Assembly (NCBI GenBank): GCA_964600725.1
Contig: CAZRLQ010000001.1
Coordinates: forward strand, 1-28,267
Reading direction: 5' to 3'
Length of the DNA stretch: 28,267 nucleotides
From: an uncultured Desulfobacterales bacterium
GTDB lineage: Bacteria; Desulfobacterota; Desulfobacteria; Desulfobacterales; CAZRLQ01
Position numbers and translations under genes: made by a program. The notes under the pieces are model-generated. The model was not told the DNA's origin, searched no databases, and saw only the letters and a list, made by a program, of their open reading frames with translations. Shown in pieces: positions 7,447 to 16,117 of this stretch; the stretch's first letter is position 1, and each line of letters starts with the position of its first letter.

Positions 7447-10400
7447 TCAGATAGAAAAGACCTGCTTCCATACCCTCAGCAGTTCGCTTATCCCCCAGGC
7501 TTGTGCATCACATCCCCGCTGAATGTGTGGAAAATCTCCATCCAGTATTTCAGGAATCTGACCGGCGCACCCCTGAGATAAAAGCCGCCGGCTGCTCCCA
7601 AGCCATGACAAAGCTGTATCTTTTCCTCCCTCTCCATAAACCTTGACCCATGCCTCGCAAAAGGCTGGAAAAAGCCATGTCCATGCAGTACCATTGTGAT
7701 AGGCTGGTTTACGCTCTGTATCCTCATCCCCTTTATATCTTCCCTGATAAGGCCGGTTCGGATCGACAAGAATCTTATCATGATAAGCGATTTCAAGGGG
7801 ACGGCGAACAGGTCTGTCGGCCAGACTCCGAATGGCTCCAGGCACCAGCAATTCTTCACAGGCAGTAACAATATTCCGGCAGACTGCTGTGTCGCGGACA
7901 GCTCCCATAGTAACGGCAAAGAGCTGGTTCGGTCTTAAGGCATCATCCTGCTCAGCCTGCCCGGCAGGCACCCCTGAAGAAGCAGAGAGACAGTCGGCCA
8001 GATAACCCTCTTTTCTTAAAATAAAGAGATCTAAAATAGAGGCTTGAACCTGCTTGTAGATCTCTTTCCAGCCCCCCTCTTTTCCAAGCGGGTCTATCCT
8101 GTTCAAAAGAGCTAATGCAGCAAACCAGAGGGCCTGAATTTCGATCGGGTAGCCTTCCCTGGGCGTACATGCAGGATAATTGGTGTCCATCCAGGTAAAA
8201 TGAGCCGGGCTGAAAATCAGACCTGACTGAGGATCCATCCTTATGCCGTTGGGCGTTCCCTCAATCATGAATTTGCCGATAGAAAAAATAATTTCACGTA
8301 TGCTGCGGGTACCACATTTTGAATCTAAAAAATTTTCATTTCCAGCAGCCTGAATCAAATCAGAGCAGGCTGTACAAAACCAGAGAGGAGCATCGGAAGT
8401 ATCCCTGTTTGCGGCATCTTTGCCGCAGATCATATTAGGTATTGTTCCATTTTTTTCAAATCTCCCAAACTGCTGTAAAATTTCCATGGAGTCTTTTATT
8501 TTTCCCGCAGCAACCAATCCACGGACAAAAATCAATGAATCACGCCCCCAGTCAAGAAACCATGGATATCCTGCGATTACGCTCTTTAATTCGCCTCGTT
8601 TTACAATAAACCGATCGAGCGCCCTGCATAGGGCTTCATCCATTTTCAACCCGGATCCGCCGTCAATTGCAAAAGGCCTGGTTTCCTGTGGTAAAGCCGC
8701 TGGCGATAAAGATGCCTGATCTTTCAAGCCTGAGATAGAGGCCAAAACCTCTTCGGATTCTCCCCCTTTCAGCATAGAATAAAAATAACCGGGACTAAAC
8801 AGGTCAGAATCCGGATCAAGACCACGATCCGACTCCACAGGTCTATATACCATATAGTGCCATTCCGGTTCCAGTACAAAATCCCCCTTATCAATCTTAA
8901 TATGAAGTTCGCGATCCTGGTGAGGCGTAAAGGAGAAACCTTTTCTATCCATTGCTATCAACGATGGAAAAATATTTTCCGCCCCAAGATATGCTTTGGT
9001 GGTCTGGTGAAAATTTCGATCTTCAATGTCGGGCCGAAGGATAAGCTTTACATCTTTTGAATCATCTAACTTTTTTGTTTTCTCTTTGGCCGGATGCCGG
9101 AAAAAAAGTATCTTTACGGCGTTTTCTCCATCTAACATCTGAACTTTTACGGTAAGGACAATATGTTCTCCCTGGCCGACAGGGATATGAAATCGCCAGG
9201 ATGACGCAAGATTGTAATCAAAGCTGAACTTATTCAAACAATCAAAAGATATTTCCTGCGAATATCCTTGAAACACAACCCAGCCCCGGCACCTGGCAAA
9301 CATGATCCAGCGGTCTTCCGGATATGTTTGGCTGAGGTTTGCGGCAAGGAGCGCATCGTAACGGCTCTTGAGTTCCCCCCAGAAACTTTGGGCGCGAAGC
9401 ATTCCCCCGCGGCCGTTTGTATCCAGAATAACAAGTGGATTTTGCATCAAATCCGTCCGGCTGAAAATCCTTTTTACCTTGACATCTTTTGCATTGGACA
9501 AAAAAAGAAGAGGTGCCTCAATATGTCTGCCTTTTTCCGAAGTATAGACCGTCAGTTTCAAACTGCAAGAACGATCCATTGCAGATGGCGGCAAGGGTGA
9601 AAAAAGAGTAAAAAATTTTCCATCTGCCTTAAGCAGGCTTCTTTCACAAGCGATGACCTGTCTCTTTTTCTCAATCCTGGCATGAAATGGATTGTCGCAG
9701 CAAACAAACAGGAAATGTCCGGGCGGCACCATTGTCTCCCGCTTCTCATCACGGGGCCATCTCCATGTAACGGCTCTGGACTCCATGCTGAAGTGATTAA
9801 GGCTGCGGCAATAATCGACCGGATCTTCCGATAAAAGCTTCGCAGCTTGATCCAGGTCAAATTGTCCCAGATCACAAACTCCTCTGTAAAAGCAGAGCAC
9901 TTCCATGGCCTTGGCGCGCAAACGCTTTCTTTCCGCATACTCGGGCAAGCCGAATCTTTTATTTTCAGCATAACTGAAAAGTTTCAGATCGTCTCTATCA
10001 GTGGAAATACAAAGAACCTGGCCGGGAGACAACAAAAGGCTGTTTTGTCCCTTAAATTTATCAACCGTGATCTTTGCATTGGAAAGAAGGTCTATAAAAA
10101 GATGCCCGTCTATTAAATGCGGATCCCATGACCCAAGGGTCTGATTGAAATCATCAAGATTTACCAGGATCAAAAGTTTTTTGCCGGAAGGAAGATGGTG
10201 ACGCAGCAGAGCAATGTAATTACCCTGATTCGTCTGTATCATTTTCAGATCTGTTTCATCATAAAAAACAGGATGAAACTTTAGTATGCTGTTCAGCCGG
10301 CGGATGAAAGACACCTGATTGCACGCAGCTCCCCAGTTAAGTGATGGGGAGTCATGGACATCTATTTTTTCTGTGGCAAACCATTCTACTCCATTGGCAA

Positions 10401-11742
10401 AACCAAATGCCCCGCTTTGAGAAGATAAAGCGCAAAGAGCGGTTCGCATACCTGCATAAAGATTGGAACGAGAAGCCAGCCGGTTATTGTCGTGGGTTTC
10501 TGCAAAATGAACCATAAGCCCGATACTTTTAGAAAAATGATCGGTACCTGGAAGGTACTTTTCAATTTGACGACGGTCATAATTTTGAAACAATTCAGAA
10601 TATGCCCAGTTAAAACCGGCTCTGTTCAAGAGATCCCTGGTTACAGAAAGTTTTCCTCCGAGTCCTTCAAGAAAAAAGATGGTATCAGGGTACTTTTCCC
10701 TAACCTCGGCAATAATATATCTCCATGCAGGAACAGGAACCATATATCCCGCATCACATCGGAATCCGTCTACACCGCGGCGGCACCATGTCTGAAAAAC
10801 ACCTGCAATATATACCCACAAATCCTTACATGAATAATCAAGACTCGTCAGATCTTCCCAGCGAACTCCCCATGCGCCTGGAACCTCAATACGTCCGTCC
10901 GGATTTCTTATCAGCCATTCAGGATGGGTTTCATGGAGCCTGGCGCCCCAGCCGGTATGATTGACGGCAATATCTATGATTACTTTTGCACCCCGCGCAT
11001 GAATAGCATCTACCAATTCTATAAACTGTTCAAGCGGCGTCGCTTTTGGGTCAAATTCCGCCTGGGCAGGATCGACAGCGGTAAAACTGAGGGCGGCGAA
11101 GGGACTTCCAAAACGTCCCATTCGGGCAAAAGTGGTCGGTGTGGGATTAACGGGAAGCAGTTGAATAATGGTGCAGCCTAATTCTCCAATAATAAAATCA
11201 AGCTCTTTAATGAGATCACGAAAAGTTCCGGAAGGCGGGATTACCGCATAATCCTCTTGATCTAATTCTTTTATCCAGGACTTTTTCATCAGAGCGTATT
11301 TCTCACCGCTTTTGTTCGGACCAAACTGCCGCACAAAGGCATTGTAAATAATATTTGCACAACAGCTCTCGGCCGGTTCCACGTTAATAACGATATTTGG
11401 ACCTTCTGGCCATTTCGGCTTGTCCTCTCCTTTTTTTAAAAAGAAAGCCTTGGCTTCAAAATGGCCGACTTCACAAAGAGGAAGGATAACTTTAAAATTA
11501 AAATCATCAGCCGGCTCCATTGGAATGTCAAACCAGTCCAGCCCAAGAGGCGGTTCATTGTAAAGAACATTTTTTATTATTTCTGCGCGGGAAATTTTGG
11601 CCCGTCCGATATTGGTGCGAAGCCAGGCACTTCCCTTCTCCTTATAGGAAAGCGATAGAATAAACGTTTCGCTGTCACCCACAAATCTAAGAATATATGT
11701 TCCGGGAGGAGGATCCTGCTTAAGCCGGCCTGAAGTATCCAT
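7447..11742 (-). CDS. Putative bifunctional glycogen debranching enzyme: GH13 domain + GDE_N + GH133 amylo-alpha-1,6-glucosidase
   Basis: 1431-aa ORF. GH13 regions I-IV are DIAVNH, GFRCDAG, FLEGL and ETHDN. The GDE_N-like stretch is DTNGRGG...SRYDALL. GH133 motifs are AGYPWFLDWGRD, DAPLWF, TWMD, PREGYPIEIQALW, LRPNQ, YHNGTAWTW, IPEILDG and CDAQAW. Confidence 0.88.
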   Translation of the reverse strand: MDTSGRLKQDPPPGTYILRFVGDSETFILSLSYKEKGSAWLRTNIGRAKISRAEIIKNVLYNEPPLGLDWFDIPMEPADDFNFKVILPLCEVGHFEAKAFFLKKGEDKPKWPEGPNIVINVEPAESCCANIIYNAFVRQFGPNKSGEKYALMKKSWIKELDQEDYAVIPPSGTFRDLIKELDFIIGELGCTIIQLLPVNPTPTTFARMGRFGSPFAALSFTAVDPAQAEFDPKATPLEQFIELVDAIHARGAKVIIDIAVNHTGWGARLHETHPEWLIRNPDGRIEVPGAWGVRWEDLTSLDYSCKDLWVYIAGVFQTWCRRGVDGFRCDAGYMVPVPAWRYIIAEVREKYPDTIFFLEGLGGKLSVTRDLLNRAGFNWAYSELFQNYDRRQIEKYLPGTDHFSKSIGLMVHFAETHDNNRLASRSNLYAGMRTALCALSSQSGAFGFANGVEWFATEKIDVHDSPSLNWGAACNQVSFIRRLNSILKFHPVFYDETDLKMIQTNQGNYIALLRHHLPSGKKLLILVNLDDFNQTLGSWDPHLIDGHLFIDLLSNAKITVDKFKGQNSLLLSPGQVLCISTDRDDLKLFSYAENKRFGLPEYAERKRLRAKAMEVLCFYRGVCDLGQFDLDQAAKLLSEDPVDYCRSLNHFSMESRAVTWRWPRDEKRETMVPPGHFLFVCCDNPFHARIEKKRQVIACERSLLKADGKFFTLFSPLPPSAMDRSCSLKLTVYTSEKGRHIEAPLLFLSNAKDVKVKRIFSRTDLMQNPLVILDTNGRGGMLRAQSFWGELKSRYDALLAANLSQTYPEDRWIMFARCRGWVVFQGYSQEISFDCLNKFSFDYNLASSWRFHIPVGQGEHIVLTVKVQMLDGENAVKILFFRHPAKEKTKKLDDSKDVKLILRPDIEDRNFHQTTKAYLGAENIFPSLIAMDRKGFSFTPHQDRELHIKIDKGDFVLEPEWHYMVYRPVESDRGLDPDSDLFSPGYFYSMLKGGESEEVLASISGLKDQASLSPAALPQETRPFAIDGGSGLKMDEALCRALDRFIVKRGELKSVIAGYPWFLDWGRDSLIFVRGLVAAGKIKDSMEILQQFGRFEKNGTIPNMICGKDAANRDTSDAPLWFCTACSDLIQAAGNENFLDSKCGTRSIREIIFSIGKFMIEGTPNGIRMDPQSGLIFSPAHFTWMDTNYPACTPREGYPIEIQALWFAALALLNRIDPLGKEGGWKEIYKQVQASILDLFILRKEGYLADCLSASSGVPAGQAEQDDALRPNQLFAVTMGAVRDTAVCRNIVTACEELLVPGAIRSLADRPVRRPLEIAYHDKILVDPNRPYQGRYKGDEDTERKPAYHNGTAWTWLFPAFCEAWVKVYGEGGKDTALSWLGSSRRLLSQGCAGQIPEILDGDFPHIQRGCDAQAWGISELLRVWKQVFSI

Positions 11743-11822
11743 TGAGAATTTTCTTTAAAAAGCATAACTGCTTCATTTTGTTAAACATAGTTAAGGATGG
11801 TGTATTGGTTTATACCGAACCT

Positions 11823-12269
11823 TCAAGCAACGACCATGTCGGTATCTTCTCTTTTAACTCTTTTTGTCTTTAATTTCGGCATATTTTCATTCATTGTTTC
11901 AGAAGGAAACCGATCATATGCTTTAAGAGCCTGTTCGATCTTATGTTTTAGTTCCCTTATGTCGATATTTCTCACAATGCTATAATAACTGCCTGCATAT
12001 TGTGTGTCATATTTAAAGCTAAGAAAGTCTGTACACAAAATTACCGGGATACCACAGCAAGCATCTTCGACAATTTCAAAAAAATCAGGGCCCTGATTCT
12101 TTGACAACCCAATATCCATCACGATAATATCCGGTCTGTATTTTACTATCAACTCCTTGATAGTAAAACAATCGTCGCTTGCAACAACCTTGTATCCCTC
12201 ACCGGTGAACTCGTCTATATAAAGATTTCTGATAGATCTCTTTTCATACAGTACAAGGATCTTTTTCAT
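11823..12269 (-). CDS. Single-domain response regulator, atypical receiver
   Basis: 148 aa counted from the ATG at 12269, which has AGGGGG upstream (the ORF track starts at 12332). Receiver pattern: KKILVL...EGYKV...PDIIVMD52...PVILCT80. Confidence 0.8.
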   Translation of the reverse strand: MKKILVLYEKRSIRNLYIDEFTGEGYKVVASDDCFTIKELIVKYRPDIIVMDIGLSKNQGPDFFEIVEDACCGIPVILCTDFLSFKYDTQYAGSYYSIVRNIDIRELKHKIEQALKAYDRFPSETMNENMPKLKTKRVKREDTDMVVA

Positions 12270-12480
12270 ATCAGCCCCCTTTTGCCCAATTTCTGCGACA
12301 GGCTCAAAATACACAAAGTATATTCCTGCCACATTATCAATAATAAAATTTTATTCAATGATATTCAGAATATGTTTTAATTGTAAATAAGGGAGGCAAT
12401 CTATTTTAATGAGCAATTCTCCCTGAAAACGGGATTTTTCCCCATACAGCAAAAGCCGGGCTTAGGATGATTTCAAAATT

Positions 12481-12858
12481 CTAATAATGCTCATTTGTTC
12501 TGGTGATCCCGATGAGAACCCCTTTTTTATTAAACTTGGCGGTTTTGATTACACGTCTATAACTATCTCTTCCATAATAAAACGGAATAAAAGCTTTCCC
12601 TGTGATATGACTCCGGTTAAAGGTTAAGATTTCTTCTCCTTTTTCATTAATTGATACCCCGTTTGGCTTTCCCCATTTTGCAATAACTTCTTCTTTTTTT
12701 GTTTTTCCCATTACAAATTCAGATTCAGGCAATACCCTTTCACTTTCACTCAGAGTATTTTGCTTTGTTTGATCCTTTTTAGGTTGAGCGGTATGACAAC
12801 CCGCAACAATAAATGAAAAAAAAATCAATAAAAACGAAAGACACTTAAAAATCCTCAT
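12481..12858 (-). CDS. Small lipoprotein, possible SmpA/OmlA (BamE)-like domain
   Basis: Signal peptide with lipobox IVAG-C. GKTKKEEVIAKWGKP resembles the BamE G(M)T..EV...LG.P pattern. AAGGAG lies upstream. Confidence 0.7.
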   Translation of the reverse strand: MRIFKCLSFLLIFFSFIVAGCHTAQPKKDQTKQNTLSESERVLPESEFVMGKTKKEEVIAKWGKPNGVSINEKGEEILTFNRSHITGKAFIPFYYGRDSYRRVIKTAKFNKKGVLIGITRTNEHY

Positions 12859-12912
12859 AATTTTTCTCCTTTGTCTAAAAAAAGGGATTTGTTCAAAAAG
12901 TTCGGATAACTT

Positions 12913-15909
12913 TCAAGAATCTTTTCTGCAGGGATATTTCCATGCATCTTTCAGCTCCTGAACAGGAACAGAAAAAATGGTTCTGTTTTCAGTTCCGATA
13001 ATAACCAGATCAGAATTTTCCGTAACAGTTCCAATGCATTTGCAGGCATTCTCTTTAAAAATATTTTCAAATTTATCTCTGTTTTTTGGGTCGATTGTGA
13101 CGATAAAGCGCCCGGCTGATTCTGAAAATAGAATATGGTCATTGCGGTCCGTACCTTCCCCTGGAACCAGACCAAGATCGACTTTCATCCCAAGGCCGCC
13201 GCCCATGGCAACCATTGCAAGGTGGACTCCCAGGCCTCCGCGATAAATGCCGTGAGCTGAAGCTACAATCTCCTGTTCAATGGCCAGGCAGAGAGCTTTA
13301 TATAAGGATTTAAACCTGTCAGGAAATACCTTTGGAACATTAAGACCGACATATCCAAAATGTTCGTAATATTCAGATCCGCCTAACTCATTTCTGGTGG
13401 TGCCGAGGATATAAACCAGATCACCCTGTATTTTGCTGTCCATCGTAACCGCTTTTTTTATATCTTTTACGACAGATATAGTGGAAAACTGAATGGTGCA
13501 GGGAGCTGAAACCTTATGGGTTTCGCCGTATTGTCCTGAAAGATGACCATCAACATACATGCTGTCCTTTCCGGAAAGAAGCGGTATTTCATACGCCATA
13601 CAGATATCCTTTAATGCCAGACATGAACGTACAAGCTGTGCTGCCTTATATTTACCGTCTGGATTATCTCTTCTGTCATATTGAATATTCGGCCAGCAGA
13701 AATTGTCTATACCCCCTATATGGTAAAGATCAGCTCCAACGGCAATAACTCTGCGAACAGCCTCATCAATGGTACAACCGGTCATATGGTAGGTATCTAT
13801 TTCCGAATAAGCGGGCAGCAGTGACTGGGCAAAGGCAAGCCCCCTTTCCGACCCAAGTACGGGCATTATCACTGCAGCATCGCTGTTAACGTCATGTTCT
13901 GCGCCCAGAAGGGGTTTAATTACGCTTGTGCCCTGAACTTCATGGTCAAACTGCCTGGTTATCCATTCTTTGGAGCATATGTTTGGCCGTGATAAGAGAT
14001 CTTTTAATAAGCCTTCATAATCAATCGGCTCTTTTAATACCGGTTCAAACAACCCCCGCTTATCCGGAGGCATCCATAAGGCGTCAAATTCCCACTGGGG
14101 GAAACCGGAAGTCAGAAAATCCATATCAATATAAGCACAGCTTCTGCCGTTGTATTTTATGTGAAGCCTGCCCGAATCCGTATATCTGCCGATAATTGTG
14201 CTTTCAACAGCGTGCCTGTTTGATAGCTCAAGAAAACGGTCTATATTTTCAGGCTTGACAGCCACCGTCATGCGTTCCTGTGATTCGGAAATCCATATCT
14301 CCCACTGGTCAAGACCGGTATATTTTAAAGGAACCTTTTCAAGATCGATTTCACATCCATTGGAAAAGCGTGCGGATTCACCGATCGATGATGAAAGTCC
14401 TCCACCTCCGTTATCTGTAATAAATGCTATCAGTCCTTCATCACGTGCTTCCAGGAGAAAATCATGCATCTTTTTCTGTGTGTATGGATCACCTATTTGA
14501 ACATGGCCAGCCGGTGTGTACTCGGAAAAAATCTCTGACGAGGCTGTCACACCATGAATTCCGTCTTTGCCGACCCTGCCGCCGCACATGACAGCCAGAT
14601 CTCCAGGAGATGTTGTTTTTTTCTCTGCTGGTTTTCCACCTACATCAGAAGGCATCATTCCGACAGCCGTAACAAAAACCAGACATTTGCCCATGTAATC
14701 ATGATGAAAAAGAACCTGGCCGAATGTTGTGGGAATTCCACTCTTGTTGCCCCCGTCTCTTATTCCTTCAATTAAACCGTCCAGAAGACGCCTCGGATGA
14801 AGATGCGGCTTAAGATTTCCGGAATAATCCCGCATTCCTACACAAAACCCATAACCTCCCATCACAAGTTTCGATCCTTTTCCAGTACCCATTGGATCAC
14901 GATAGACCCCGACAATGCCGGTAATAGCACCGCCGTAAGCTTCGATATTGGATGGCGAATTATGTGTTTCACCAGTAATGACATAATAATGATCCTGATC
15001 AAAACGCCCAACACCTGCATTATCCCACAGTACCGAAACAACCCACGTCTTTTTCTCTTTTAAAGCCAATGTAGGCGTCTCAATGCAGGTTTTAAAAAGA
15101 TTGTCCAAAACCGTCTTCTGACCCGATGAGGGATCAGAGTAACGAAACAACCCGCGGAAAGTATTATGATTACAATGATCGCTTCTGGCCTGGGAAATAT
15201 ATTCAAGTTCAATATCGGTCGGATCTGAAAGACCAAAAGAAGCGCGGGCCGACTTTACTTCTTTATTTACGAAATAAGCCCTGATAATAGGGATATCGTT
15301 TGGATTAAGGGCCAGGTTACGTTCGATACTGATCTTTTGAAGAGATTCATCACTATCCACAGGGATTCTGATTGCAGCCGGCTTATGATTGAGTTTAACT
15401 TTTGGAATTATAAAACCGATTCCTGCATCACTATTCCACTTGTCCCTTGAAAAAATTTTCCACTGCTGGATTATACTGTTTGCTAAAAGTTCACCGGCAA
15501 TTTTATCCATATTTTCATATGTAAGGCCGGCGCCTGTTATACAGAAACGTTTAGATGTATAGACCGCCTCATCCCTGGCGAGCTTTATGCCCAGAACATC
15601 TTCAATTGCTTCAGCAGCCGTACTGCCTGGATTATCTCTTACACCGGGCCTGAAACCGACCCATATGATCCAGTCAAAATCTACGGAAAGAGGTTTAAAA
15701 GAAGAGACCTGTGTTACAGGATTTGTAAATATTTCGGTTTGAATAGTTTTAAGCTGATTGGCAGACAGATCCGCATCAATGGTTACGACGTCTATAATGC
15801 GAACCTGTTTAAGTCTCAAGCCAAAATAATTATTGCTTTTTTGACGAATTCCTTCACCTCTGGCATCAGGAAGAGATGGTTTTAACATTATTTCAAGCCG
15901 AGAAGGCAT
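12913..15909 (-). CDS. purL: Phosphoribosylformylglycinamidine synthase: PurL with fused N-terminal PurS-like repeats and no glutaminase domain
   Basis: 998 aa with SDHCNHNTF, ETHNSPS, GGRVGKDGIHG, DNGGGGLSS, SESQERM, QFDHEVQG and GKDSM motifs. The N-terminus has LKPSLPDARG and FRPGVRDNPG. Confidence 0.9.
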   Translation of the reverse strand: MPSRLEIMLKPSLPDARGEGIRQKSNNYFGLRLKQVRIIDVVTIDADLSANQLKTIQTEIFTNPVTQVSSFKPLSVDFDWIIWVGFRPGVRDNPGSTAAEAIEDVLGIKLARDEAVYTSKRFCITGAGLTYENMDKIAGELLANSIIQQWKIFSRDKWNSDAGIGFIIPKVKLNHKPAAIRIPVDSDESLQKISIERNLALNPNDIPIIRAYFVNKEVKSARASFGLSDPTDIELEYISQARSDHCNHNTFRGLFRYSDPSSGQKTVLDNLFKTCIETPTLALKEKKTWVVSVLWDNAGVGRFDQDHYYVITGETHNSPSNIEAYGGAITGIVGVYRDPMGTGKGSKLVMGGYGFCVGMRDYSGNLKPHLHPRRLLDGLIEGIRDGGNKSGIPTTFGQVLFHHDYMGKCLVFVTAVGMMPSDVGGKPAEKKTTSPGDLAVMCGGRVGKDGIHGVTASSEIFSEYTPAGHVQIGDPYTQKKMHDFLLEARDEGLIAFITDNGGGGLSSSIGESARFSNGCEIDLEKVPLKYTGLDQWEIWISESQERMTVAVKPENIDRFLELSNRHAVESTIIGRYTDSGRLHIKYNGRSCAYIDMDFLTSGFPQWEFDALWMPPDKRGLFEPVLKEPIDYEGLLKDLLSRPNICSKEWITRQFDHEVQGTSVIKPLLGAEHDVNSDAAVIMPVLGSERGLAFAQSLLPAYSEIDTYHMTGCTIDEAVRRVIAVGADLYHIGGIDNFCWPNIQYDRRDNPDGKYKAAQLVRSCLALKDICMAYEIPLLSGKDSMYVDGHLSGQYGETHKVSAPCTIQFSTISVVKDIKKAVTMDSKIQGDLVYILGTTRNELGGSEYYEHFGYVGLNVPKVFPDRFKSLYKALCLAIEQEIVASAHGIYRGGLGVHLAMVAMGGGLGMKVDLGLVPGEGTDRNDHILFSESAGRFIVTIDPKNRDKFENIFKENACKCIGTVTENSDLVIIGTENRTIFSVPVQELKDAWKYPCRKDS

Positions 15910-15939
15910 AATAATTTATAATCCTTGCCTTGGAGCAGC

Positions 15940-16039
15940 GTAATTTCTCAAAAATTAGGATAATGATAGGAAAATCCCCCCAGTCCCCCTTTTTCAAAGG
16001 GGAAAGCACATAATGTGCCTGAACTTTTTGAGAAGTTGC
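15940..16039. mobile_element. 100-bp MITE, copy A (GTAA-type termini)
   Basis: TIRs gtaatttctcaaaaa / tttttgagaagttgc match at 13/15. Flanks ggagcagc / ggaacagc match at 7/8. A 25-bp core is identical to copy B. Confidence 0.85.
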
Positions 16040-16054
16040 GGAACAGCCGCGCAG

Positions 16055-16083
16055 ATCAAAAATTTTTGTATTTTTTGGGCATT
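16055..16083 (+). repeat. 29-bp repeat, inverted partner of 17241-17269
   Basis: atcaaaaatttttgtattttttgggcatt matches the reverse complement of 17241-17269 at 27/29. Confidence 0.9.
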
Positions 16084-16095
16084 TTATGGTTGGCG

Positions 16096-16117
16096 AAGTT
16101 ATTTCGTCCCCATTTCT
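16096..16117 (+). repeat. 22-bp repeat, direct partner of 17392-17413
   Basis: aagttatttcgtccccatttct vs aagttatttcgtccccgtttct, 21/22 identical. Confidence 0.9.

Noticed and set aside
7955-7969. Palindrome gcctgcc-c-ggcaggc inside the debrancher gene, similar to cctgc-ccgcg-gcagg at 28247-28261
   Set aside because: It encodes ordinary residues (VPAGQA) in frame, is too short, and a 1-nt loop is not a plausible hairpin.
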